NCBI GenBank assembly: GCA_937895465.1 | Contig: CALAYY010000042.1 | Coordinates: 1 to 45,318 of the forward strand | Direction: 5' to 3' | Length of the DNA stretch: 45,318 bases | Source of the DNA: an uncultured Clostridia bacterium | GTDB lineage: Bacteria; Bacillota; Clostridia; Christensenellales; DUVY01 | Shown here: one piece after another, positions 35,842 to 44,205 of the stretch | How positions within the stretch are numbered: the first letter of the stretch is position 1 | How the letters are laid out: each line of letters starts with the position of its first letter | Notes under the pieces: generated by a model | Seen by the model: only the letters and a program-made list of their open reading frames with translations | What the model was told of the DNA's origin: nothing | The model's database searches: none | Translations under genes and position numbers: made by a program

Positions 35842-36933
35842 CTAGCTGTTTATTGTCATATTAGTTTGAGCGTCAAAAACATATAAGCTCGTATAAGGTA
35901 TAGCAAAATTACAATTGCAATTAATTGGAGGTATGTTATAAGGCGATACTCTCAAAATAATTCTGTTATTGCCCATATACGCATAAACATTGGCATTATC
36001 GCCAAGTAATTCGGTTAGTTCTGTTTGTGCTGCCAAAATCAAAGAATTAGGCACATCTTTATCGCCGCAAGTGGTAATTGCTTCAGGTCTGAAACCAAGT
36101 ATTATATCTTGCTTGTTGTACCTTGAGGCTATATCAGGAAATAGTTTCTTAAAATCAAAGGATAATTCGCAACCCTTAATAAAAGCTGTTCCGTTAGAAA
36201 GACTGCATGGCAAAAAATTCATAGGCGGGTCGCCTATAAACCCTGCAACAAATCTATTGGCGGGATGAAAATATAGTTCGTGCGGAGTACCGACCTGTTG
36301 AATATATCCGTCTTTCATTACCACGATCCTATCAGCCATTGTCATTGCCTCGACTTGGTCATGTGTAACATATATCGTGGTGGCATTGGTCTTTCTGTGT
36401 ATTTCAATTATTTCGGAACGCATTGTAGTACGTTGTTTTGCATCCAGATTGGAGAGAGGTTCATCCATCAAAAATACTTTAGGATACCTTATTATCGCTC
36501 TGCCGACAGCAACTCTTTGACATTGACCGCCTGAAAGTTCTCTAGGCTTTCTGTCAAGATAATCACTAAGCCCAAGTACCAAAGCTGTTTCTTTTACTCT
36601 CTTTTCAATAAAATCTTCATCATAACCCTCAAGTGTCAGTCCAAAAGCCATATTTTCATAAACATTGAGGTGCGGATAAAGCGCGTATGACTGAAATATC
36701 ATTGCAATTCCTCTTTGTTTGGGGGTTTTGTTATTGACAAGCTCTCCGTCAATAAACATCTTCCCTTTAGTAATAACTTCCAAGCCTGCAATAATACGAA
36801 GCATTGTGGATTTGCCGCAGCCTGAAGGTCCTACAATAACCAAAAATTCCCTATCATTGATGTTTAAATCAAAAACAGCTTGAAAACCGTTGTCATAAAT
36901 TTTATTGATTTTTTCCAAATAAATTTGCGCCAT
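35842..36933 (-). CDS. MsmX/UgpC/MalK-type sugar ABC transporter ATPase (copy 2)
   Basis: Walker A GPSGCGKST, signature LSGGQCQRV (Cys in place of the usual Arg), Walker B VFLMDEPLSNLD and H-loop VTHDQ. ATG at 36933 (MAQIYLEKINKIY) overlaps the upstream stop by 1 nt. Confidence 0.88.
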   Translation of the reverse strand: MAQIYLEKINKIYDNGFQAVFDLNINDREFLVIVGPSGCGKSTMLRIIAGLEVITKGKMFIDGELVNNKTPKQRGIAMIFQSYALYPHLNVYENMAFGLTLEGYDEDFIEKRVKETALVLGLSDYLDRKPRELSGGQCQRVAVGRAIIRYPKVFLMDEPLSNLDAKQRTTMRSEIIEIHRKTNATTIYVTHDQVEAMTMADRIVVMKDGYIQQVGTPHELYFHPANRFVAGFIGDPPMNFLPCSLSNGTAFIKGCELSFDFKKLFPDIASRYNKQDIILGFRPEAITTCGDKDVPNSLILAAQTELTELLGDNANVYAYMGNNRIILRVSPYNIPPINCNCNFAIPYTSLYVFDAQTNMTINS

Positions 36934-37769
36934 CAGTTCTTTCCCCACAATTTTCTTACTAACTTGACTGCCGGTTCGATGTTTTTGCCTGTCGTTCCTT
37001 CAAGCACTAAAACAGCGTCTTTATCATAATCTTTTATAAGCTTTAATATCTTAGGATAGTTCATTATCCCATTGCCCAAAGGTACTTGTTTTAACTTATT
37101 GTCTTCTACGATGTAATCTTTGAGATGAAAACAATGAATATTATCAAATGTTTTCAATCCGTCTTTTAATATGTCTTCATAGTCGTTATGATTGCTGATG
37201 TCTAAGTAGTTATAAATGTCAAAAATTATTTTCAGGTTTTTTCTGTCAATCATATCAACTGCTCTTTTTAGTGTCTTTACATCGTAGCAAACATGTCCGA
37301 AGGCCCCTTCTATTGCCACAAACGCCTTGTTTTTTGAAGCATAATCGCAAAGTTCTTCAAAGGTCTTTACAACTATTTTTAATGCCTCATCCGTTCTGTT
37401 TTTTGGATTGTATGTCCATTTGTCATCGTTGTGTGAGCCTGTTTCTGATCCTACGATATTACAGCCTATTAAATTGCCAAATTTCAAATATTCTTTAAAA
37501 ATCTGTATTCCCAACTTGACCTTATCAATATTGCTATGTACTGGATTGAAATAAGCACCAAGTAGGAATATTTTTTTTGATACGTTATCAAAAAAATGCT
37601 TTATCTTTTGGGCTTTTTTTTCATCTAATTGTCCGTTTAAATAAGCTATATCTTGAAATGTCTTATATAAGACAAGTTGCACACCTTCAATATCAAGAGT
37701 TTTTAGCAAATCAGAAATCACGCTTTCATCGTTTTCTTGCAAATCGTGACATCTTATTGCCAGTTTCAT
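36933..37769 (-). CDS. Sugar phosphate isomerase/epimerase-like TIM-barrel protein (xylose isomerase-like fold)
   Basis: About 280 aa with family-typical segments (VAIEGAFGH, FHLKD, VLEG). Its ATG overlaps the kdgK stop by 1 nt. The substrate is unknown. Confidence 0.55.
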   Translation of the reverse strand: MKLAIRCHDLQENDESVISDLLKTLDIEGVQLVLYKTFQDIAYLNGQLDEKKAQKIKHFFDNVSKKIFLLGAYFNPVHSNIDKVKLGIQIFKEYLKFGNLIGCNIVGSETGSHNDDKWTYNPKNRTDEALKIVVKTFEELCDYASKNKAFVAIEGAFGHVCYDVKTLKRAVDMIDRKNLKIIFDIYNYLDISNHNDYEDILKDGLKTFDNIHCFHLKDYIVEDNKLKQVPLGNGIMNYPKILKLIKDYDKDAVLVLEGTTGKNIEPAVKLVRKLWGKN

Positions 37770-38791
37770 TATCTTTGCACCCTGCCGGAGCCGTCACCTT
37801 TAATAAGGTTTTCAACTTCATCAACTGATACCAAGTTAAAGTCGCCAGGTATAGTGTGTTTTAATGCACTTGCTGCAACGGCAAAATCTAGAGCCTTTTT
37901 AAAGTCAGGCTTAGTCAAAAGACCATGGATAAGACCGCCTGAAAAAGAATCTCCGCCGCCCACTCTGTCAACTATCCTTATGTCATATTTTTTGGATTGA
38001 TAAAACTCATTACCGTCATAGATAAGCGCACTCCATGAATTGTCGCTTGCAGAATGAGATTCTCTTAAGGTGGATGCAATGTACTTAAATCCAAACTTTT
38101 CTTTCATTTCTTTGAAAATCTTATGATAGCCGTCTATATCCAATTCGCCTTTGGTCACATTAGATTTACCTGGTTTAAAGCCTAAGCATTTTTCTGCATC
38201 CTCTTCATTGCCGATACAGACATCTACATATTGCATTAACTCTGTCATGCATGCTTTAGCCTGTTCTTCTGTCCATAATTTTTTGCGGTAATTTAAGTCA
38301 ACCGAAACTGTAACATTGTGTTTTTTGGCGGCTTGACATGCGGCTTTTATAAGTTCTCTCGATTGCAAGCTTATTGCAGGAGTTATCCCTGTCCAATGAA
38401 ACCATTGTGCCCCTGAAAAAATCTTATCAAAATCAAAATCCGTTATCTTGGCTTGTGAGATAGCACTATCAGCACGGTCATAAATAACCTTAGAAGCACG
38501 CATTGACGCACCGCTTTCCAAAAAATATATGCCTACTCTATCCCCGCCTCTTGCTATATAGTCCGTCTTAACACCCAAAGCCCGCAAGAAATTAACAGCA
38601 CTTTGACCTATCTCGTGCTTAGGAAGTTTGGTGACAAAATACACATCATGCCCATAATTGGCAAGGCTGACGCTTACATTAGCTTCACCGCCGCCATAAC
38701 AGACATCAAACTTGCTGCTTTGAATAAACCTTGAAAAGCCTTCCGTTGAAAGCCTAAGCATTATTTCGCCTAAAGTTACAACTTTATACAT
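37769..38791 (-). CDS. kdgK: 2-dehydro-3-deoxygluconokinase (PfkB family)
   Basis: N-terminal GEIMLRL and GGGEANVSVSL, and C-terminal VDRVGGGDSFSGGLI (PfkB anion-hole/ATP motif). The context is eda and kduID. Confidence 0.88.
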   Translation of the reverse strand: MYKVVTLGEIMLRLSTEGFSRFIQSSKFDVCYGGGEANVSVSLANYGHDVYFVTKLPKHEIGQSAVNFLRALGVKTDYIARGGDRVGIYFLESGASMRASKVIYDRADSAISQAKITDFDFDKIFSGAQWFHWTGITPAISLQSRELIKAACQAAKKHNVTVSVDLNYRKKLWTEEQAKACMTELMQYVDVCIGNEEDAEKCLGFKPGKSNVTKGELDIDGYHKIFKEMKEKFGFKYIASTLRESHSASDNSWSALIYDGNEFYQSKKYDIRIVDRVGGGDSFSGGLIHGLLTKPDFKKALDFAVAASALKHTIPGDFNLVSVDEVENLIKGDGSGRVQR

Positions 38792-38823
38792 TTTATCTAA
38801 CCCCTCTCTTTTTAACTAATTAA

Positions 38824-39801
38824 TTATCTTTTTTGCAGCAAATGCACTGCAAAACCGCCGATATCATCTTTTAGATAAATTGCAACAACATTACCCTTAG
38901 CATCAGTTTTTTTGGTGCTTTCGTCTGCCTCAAATCCTTTGTTTTTCAAATGATACAAGGCTCTGTCTATTGAATTGGTCTTAATTGCAAGATGCCCATG
39001 TTTTCCTAGATAAGGAGACTTCATAACTTCTATCTTATCAGAACAGAAAATGCTGCTGTTGCCAATTTTGGATTCAAAGGAAAAAGCGTTGGAAAGACTG
39101 TTAGTTACACCTAAAGCATCATTTTCGCTATCGCAATTAATGCCCACATGCGCAAATTCAAATCCCAAAATTTTGTCAATTGCTAATTTGCATATGGCGG
39201 TTATAGCATCAAAATCTTGTGCTTCCAACAACTTTGGATTAACCATCCATGTACCGCCGCAAGCAAAAACTTTTTCAAACAAAAGATATTCTGAGATGTT
39301 GTTCTCATTGATACCGCCTGTAGGCATAAAGCTTATATTGCCGTAAGGCGCACTTATTGCTTTTATATATGCCAATCCTCCCGCTTGTTCAGCAGGAAAA
39401 AACTTAACGTAAGTTAAACCAAGCGTAAATGCAAGCTCAATTTCGCTTGCGCTTGAAATACCCGGAATAAAAGGAATGCCTTTATTAAGGCTGTGTTTTA
39501 CTACATTGGGATTGAGTCCGGGAGCGACCAAAAACTTGGCTCCGGCATCTATTGCACGGTCAGCTTGTTCTACAGACAAAACAGTGCCCGCACCTATTAA
39601 CATATCAGGATAATTTTTTGAAATGTCCTTTATAACCTTGTCCGCACCTTCTGCCCTAAAGGTAATTTCTGCACAGGCTATTCCGCCTTTTAATAAAGCT
39701 TCTGCCAAAGGACAAGCTAAAGATGTGTTTTCCAATTTGATAACAGGAACAATACCAATATTTTTTAATCTTTTTATAATAGATTCAAAATCAATACTCA
39801 C
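38824..39801 (-). CDS. eda: KDPG/KHG aldolase (Eda) fused to a C-terminal ~110-aa VOC/glyoxalase-like domain
   Basis: The N-terminal ~210 aa carry Eda motifs (GIVPVI, AEITFR, GAGTV, YVKFFPAE with the Schiff-base Lys, PTGGI). The C-terminal part has FAHVGIN ... GHLAIKT ... FAVHLLQ, resembling a VOC beta-alpha-beta-beta-beta module. GTG start with AAGGGG upstream. Confidence 0.8.
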   Translation of the reverse strand: MSIDFESIIKRLKNIGIVPVIKLENTSLACPLAEALLKGGIACAEITFRAEGADKVIKDISKNYPDMLIGAGTVLSVEQADRAIDAGAKFLVAPGLNPNVVKHSLNKGIPFIPGISSASEIELAFTLGLTYVKFFPAEQAGGLAYIKAISAPYGNISFMPTGGINENNISEYLLFEKVFACGGTWMVNPKLLEAQDFDAITAICKLAIDKILGFEFAHVGINCDSENDALGVTNSLSNAFSFESKIGNSSIFCSDKIEVMKSPYLGKHGHLAIKTNSIDRALYHLKNKGFEADESTKKTDAKGNVVAIYLKDDIGGFAVHLLQKR

Positions 39802-39936
39802 TATTTTTTTTCCCCTTACCTAATAGTTTTTTGATTGACAATCATATCTTAGCTTATATTATAACTATAGTAAATATATAAATTGACATATTTTTATGGA
39901 CAAATTGGACTTTTGTGTATATAATATTACTTAATT
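39802..39936. promoter_or_regulatory. Divergent promoter/operator region between the pectin operon and the AraC regulator gene
   Basis: AT-rich 135-bp spacer between divergent genes. It has two ATTGACA elements (about 39831 and 39881) and TATAAT-like hexamers on both strands. Exact promoters were not resolved. Confidence 0.5.
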
Positions 39937-40683
39937 ATGCATAAAATCATATCAATGGGCAGACACCTTACCACTTTTACTGTAGGCGTTCATAATCATG
40001 ATTACTGGGAAATAGTGTATTGCACTAGCGGTAACGGCACTTTTAAAAGTGATAACGGCTATTCAATGGATTATCAGACGGGTGAAGTTGTATTAATTCC
40101 GCCTAAGATTGCCCATTCTAACGAAAGCACTCACGGATTTACTAATATTCATTTAACTATGGACAATATTGCGCTTTCTAATATCAATTTTATTAAGATC
40201 TTAGACAATCCAAGCCAAATATTATACCACACGTTTTCACAAGCATATTATATATACAATTGTGATATAAATAATAAGTTTAACCTCCTTTCCATTTTGG
40301 GGGATCTTATCGGAAATTGTCTTATCGCTTTTTTTGGAGTAAAGCAGTTTTCACCAATTATTGAAAAAATCCGTATGGAAATTATCAAGAACTTTACTGA
40401 CTGCAATTTTGATCTCAACAAAATCTTGATTGACAAAACCAATAAGCCCGAATATTTAAAAAAACTTTTTAAAAAAGAAACCGAAATGACGCCGCTTCAA
40501 TTTTTGACAGAAACAAGGATTTCTTTTGCAAAAAAGCTTTTAAAAGCCCGTGTCACTCTTAACAAAAATATAGCAGAAATATCTCATGAGTGCGGTTTTG
40601 AGGACCCTCTTTATTTTTCAAGGTTGTTTAAACAGCATGTCGGTTGTTCGCCTTTAATATACAGCGAATCTAATGAAATATAA
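39937..40683 (+). CDS. AraC-family transcriptional regulator (cupin sensor plus HTH)
   Basis: N-terminal cupin-like segment (HNHDYWEIVYCTSGNG ... IPPKIAHS). C-terminal AraC HTH (ISHECGFEDPLYFSRLFKQHVGCSP). Confidence 0.85.
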   Translation: MHKIISMGRHLTTFTVGVHNHDYWEIVYCTSGNGTFKSDNGYSMDYQTGEVVLIPPKIAHSNESTHGFTNIHLTMDNIALSNINFIKILDNPSQILYHTFSQAYYIYNCDINNKFNLLSILGDLIGNCLIAFFGVKQFSPIIEKIRMEIIKNFTDCNFDLNKILIDKTNKPEYLKKLFKKETEMTPLQFLTETRISFAKKLLKARVTLNKNIAEISHECGFEDPLYFSRLFKQHVGCSPLIYSESNEI

Positions 40684-40685
40684 AA

Positions 40686-40711
40686 AAAGACATACCTTTT
40701 GATATGTCTTT
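40686..40711. terminator. Bidirectional terminator between the araC-like gene and the yxjI-like gene
   Basis: Stem AAAGACATA/TATGTCTTT with an 8-nt loop, flanked by A-run and T-run. Confidence 0.7.
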
Positions 40712-40718
40712 TTAATGT

Positions 40719-41198
40719 TTAACTTTTGTTTTTATTTGTAAATAAATCAATTATAATTGACATTGCTATATAATACAGTTCGTTTTGCTCATCAATGATA
40801 TCACAGCAATATGTGTCTAATACATAGATTATTCTTTTCGAAATTTGCGCTAAGATTTCTTCAGGTTTAAAAATATCATAATTAAGTGATAAGTAATTGC
40901 CGTCTATTTTTATATTTTTAAATTGTTCATATTCTGATTTTATAAGATATTTTTTATTCCTAAAGGAAAAGTTAGGTCCTATAGAAAATAAAATCTGCAT
41001 TTTGGAATCAAAGACATCATATCTAAACAGCTTCTTTTGAATTTTTAAAAGCACATTTTCGTTAAGGTCAAAAATGTTGATAGCAGATAACTTACCGTTT
41101 TCCGTCTTAACAAAATATTTTTGTTCTCCATTGTCTTGTTTGATGTAAAACCCTTCATTCCAAATCTCTTGTGATTTTTGTCTTAAAAAGTATTTCAT
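40719..41198 (-). CDS. YxjI/LURP-one-related (tubby C-terminal-like fold) protein, paralog 2
   Basis: About 160 aa, colinear with its neighbour and with B. subtilis YxjI as recalled (KQ...W...FYIKD..G...F.V, RYDV, KI.G, ISK, IIID). The start is revised to ATG at 41198, after GGAAGGTGG. Confidence 0.65.
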   Translation of the reverse strand: MKYFLRQKSQEIWNEGFYIKQDNGEQKYFVKTENGKLSAINIFDLNENVLLKIQKKLFRYDVFDSKMQILFSIGPNFSFRNKKYLIKSEYEQFKNIKIDGNYLSLNYDIFKPEEILAQISKRIIYVLDTYCCDIIDEQNELYYIAMSIIIDLFTNKNKS

Positions 41199-41371
41199 AA
41201 CCACCTTCCTTTTTTGTTTTATTTGAAAAAGTCATTAAAAAATAGTGATCTATCAAATAATGGCAAATCACTAAATGTACACAATTTTAGTCCAATAAAA
41301 TGCTTACATAACTTTTTCTTAGTTTCATAGGTGTTTTTATCTTTTGTATTAATATAAATTAATATTATTGC

Positions 41372-41863
41372 TTATTTCTTTTTGTGATGAATGCAATCTA
41401 CTACGATAGCAAGAGCCAGATAATTAACAGCATTAGCTTCATCAGCTATTGTAACTCCGTAAGAGTCGGTTATTCTAAAAAGTTTCTTAGAAATACGGGC
41501 TACAACCTCATCACCTTTATTGACATCAAATTCCCAAGCAAAAATATTACCGTCAACTTTTAATCCGTTTAGTACAGGGTTTTGCGAAATAATTTTGAGC
41601 TTTTTGGTAAAAACAGTGAATCTGCTTTTGACTGTAAAAAGTAACTTACCTTCCGAGGTATAGACATCGTATCTAGGAAGAAATCTAAAATACCTTTTTT
41701 TGATTTTTAACAAAGGCTGATTATTCATATCGTATATGGTCGATCTAAAAAGAAGATTGACATCTGATTTTACAAAAAAACAGTCAACACCCTGTTCGTC
41801 TTTAATATAAAAACTGCTTCTCCATAAGTTAAAAAGCCTTTGTTTAACAATATAATTTCTCAT
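41372..41863 (-). CDS. YxjI/LURP-one-related (tubby C-terminal-like fold) protein, paralog 1
   Basis: MRNYIVKQRLFNLWRSSFYIKDEQG ... FLPRYDVYTSEGKLLF ... VDGNIFAWEFDV ... ISKKLFRITDSYGVTI ... LALAIVVDCI matches the YxjI pattern as recalled. Confidence 0.7.
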   Translation of the reverse strand: MRNYIVKQRLFNLWRSSFYIKDEQGVDCFFVKSDVNLLFRSTIYDMNNQPLLKIKKRYFRFLPRYDVYTSEGKLLFTVKSRFTVFTKKLKIISQNPVLNGLKVDGNIFAWEFDVNKGDEVVARISKKLFRITDSYGVTIADEANAVNYLALAIVVDCIHHKKK

Positions 41864-41880
41864 TTTTCCCTCTTTTTTAA

Positions 41881-42306
41881 TTAGTTACTTATTTCAATCT
41901 TGAGTATTTTAGGCACAACAAGAACAGCAATTGCAATTACAATCAATATGCTATTAATAACTATCATAGGTACTTTATTGGTAGTTTTTTTTGAAAGACT
42001 TATAATCAAAATTGACAATGCGCTTAAACCTATAGAGATTCCTGCCGCATAGGGTATATATTGATAAAGTGATGCAATAAATTCAAAAGTTTCATCTCCA
42101 CCATCAAATAATGCCCTAAAATCTTCATTCAAAAACAAAGTAAACAAAGTCATAAATGCAATTAGAAAAAGTATTACATAATATAAAACAATCAAATAAG
42201 TTGATAATAAAATAATGCCAATAAACAATAGACACAAAAATGACAAGACTGTCAAAAAAATAGCAAACCTATTGGTTTTTCTCTTTTTAATTACATTTTC
42301 TTCCAT
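41881..42306 (-). CDS. Unknown membrane protein, 141 aa, ~4 TM
   Basis: ATG ORF with four hydrophobic helices, lying between thrB and the yxjI-like gene. No family was recognised. Confidence 0.5.
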   Translation of the reverse strand: MEENVIKKRKTNRFAIFLTVLSFLCLLFIGIILLSTYLIVLYYVILFLIAFMTLFTLFLNEDFRALFDGGDETFEFIASLYQYIPYAAGISIGLSALSILIISLSKKTTNKVPMIVINSILIVIAIAVLVVPKILKIEISN

Positions 42307-42353
42307 AAAACAAGTATAACATTTCTAATACAAAAGTCAATATAAATTTATTT

Positions 42354-43208
42354 TTACTCTATATAAACACCGTTTGCGATAATATTTTTAATTTCAAGAC
42401 GCCAATTCTTAGGCGTATCAAAAGGCACAAAATTGTCATCAACAAAAGCAGCTATTGTAGGACCTGCACCGCTCAAGAAAATTCCCAATGCCCCTGCTCT
42501 TTTAAACAATTCAACTATCTTATCAAAATCTTTTATTAGCGGGCGTCTATAAGGAGTATGGATTTTGTCATCCATTATGTATTTTAGCTTATCAAATTCA
42601 CCTTGCGACAAAGCAGCAAATGTAGCAACGGCTCTTGACAATGAATAGACCATATCTGCTCTGCTGTACATTTCGGGTAATACCGCCCTTGCCTTGGTGG
42701 TAGAAAGCGGAAAATCAGCAATCATAACAGCTATTTTTAAATCTTTTTTTGGCAAACACCTAAATGTATGCACCTTGCCTGCACCATTAACAACGCTTAC
42801 AGTTATACCGCCCAAAATTGCAGGCACTACATTGTCTGGATGTCCGTCAAAAGATGTGCAAAGATTAATTACATCTTCGGTTGACATAGGATAATTTAAC
42901 AACGAATTGGCAGCAGTAACTCCACCGACTATACATGCGGCAGAACTCCCCAGACCGCTTGTTTTGGGAATGTTATTAATTTGTTTTATATAAACGCCTT
43001 TAAACTTCTTCCCCAAAAATTCATAGGTCTTTTTGATAGTGCTTGCTACTAGATTTCTGCCGTCTTTTGGCAAATCATCATCAGTATCTATAACAATCTT
43101 ATCAAAAGGCTCTATCCATAGCTCGTTATAAATATCTAAAGCCAGTCCCATACAATCAAAACCTGCACCTAGATTAGCACTTGTAGCAGGCACTTTTATC
43201 TTTACCAT
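42354..43208 (-). CDS. thrB: Homoserine kinase (GHMP family)
   Basis: N-terminal VPATSANLGAGFD and GHMP motif PKTSGLGSSAA. About 285 aa. Confidence 0.85.
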   Translation of the reverse strand: MVKIKVPATSANLGAGFDCMGLALDIYNELWIEPFDKIVIDTDDDLPKDGRNLVASTIKKTYEFLGKKFKGVYIKQINNIPKTSGLGSSAACIVGGVTAANSLLNYPMSTEDVINLCTSFDGHPDNVVPAILGGITVSVVNGAGKVHTFRCLPKKDLKIAVMIADFPLSTTKARAVLPEMYSRADMVYSLSRAVATFAALSQGEFDKLKYIMDDKIHTPYRRPLIKDFDKIVELFKRAGALGIFLSGAGPTIAAFVDDNFVPFDTPKNWRLEIKNIIANGVYIE

Positions 43209-44095
43209 TTTATTTCCTTTATTTTTAACGTTTTAACATCTTTTTGATAATCAGTATTTGTTATATAAGGCTCAAGGCGCCCTATCTTATGCGTTGCAGC
43301 AGTTATCGCATACTTCAAAGTTTCTTTTATATCCATACCGTCTTTTAAACACTTTAATGATGCAGCAACCATTGTGTCCCCAGCGCCTGTTGTGTTGACA
43401 ATGTTATCGTGATTCATATAAGCGCTGTAAGCTTTTTTGCCGTCAGTTATCAATGCCCCCTCTGCTCCCATTGACAGAAGAATGTATTTGATCCCATACT
43501 CATCAATTAGGTTTTTGCATTCCTTTAAAGATTCTACTTCATTTTGGTAGTGCTTACCTGTTAAAGCATTAAATTCAAAGATATTAGGCTTAATCATCAG
43601 AGGGCGTGCTTTGATACCTTCTTTTAATGCCTCACGGCTGGAATCAAATATGCATTTTTGACCGCCGGCTATTTCTATAAGGCGTCTATAAAAATCATCT
43701 GTTGCCCCTGCTGGCAATGAGCCGCTTATTACTACGTATTCTGCCTCTTTGGCAAGAGGCTCAAACTTTTTTATAAAGCTCTCTTCAAGCTGCTTATTAA
43801 TAGGCTCGCATTGCCCGCTGTATTCTGTAATGTTGCCGTATGTATCAATTACCTTTTTGTTGATTCGAGCTTTGCCCTTCATCAGCTCATAATGTCCTAT
43901 GACATTATGTTGCTTTAGATAAGACTCAAATATCATTTTTGAGCCTTCGGGCATAAACATCAGACATTGGGATTGCAGTCCTATATTGCTAAGGCTGATA
44001 GCGACATTAACACCCTTACCTGCGGGTAGGATAAGGGTGTTATCGGTACGAATATATTCATCTATACAAACATTGGCACAAACTGTGAGTATCAT
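43202..44095 (-). CDS. PfkB-family sugar(-phosphate) kinase, 1-phosphofructokinase/tagatose-6-P kinase-like
   Basis: AGKGVNVA near the N-terminus and NTTGAGDTMVAA near the C-terminus. SD AAGGAAG. Its stop overlaps the thrB start by 7 nt. Confidence 0.75.
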   Translation of the reverse strand: MILTVCANVCIDEYIRTDNTLILPAGKGVNVAISLSNIGLQSQCLMFMPEGSKMIFESYLKQHNVIGHYELMKGKARINKKVIDTYGNITEYSGQCEPINKQLEESFIKKFEPLAKEAEYVVISGSLPAGATDDFYRRLIEIAGGQKCIFDSSREALKEGIKARPLMIKPNIFEFNALTGKHYQNEVESLKECKNLIDEYGIKYILLSMGAEGALITDGKKAYSAYMNHDNIVNTTGAGDTMVAASLKCLKDGMDIKETLKYAITAATHKIGRLEPYITNTDYQKDVKTLKIKEIKW

Positions 44096-44205
44096 TATCT
44101 TCCTTTATTTTCTTATCATGCAAAACTATTCGGTCTTATTATATGAATATTTTAACAAAAAGTCATTAAAAAAACATAAGCTTGCTAAAATAACTATATA
44201 AAATA

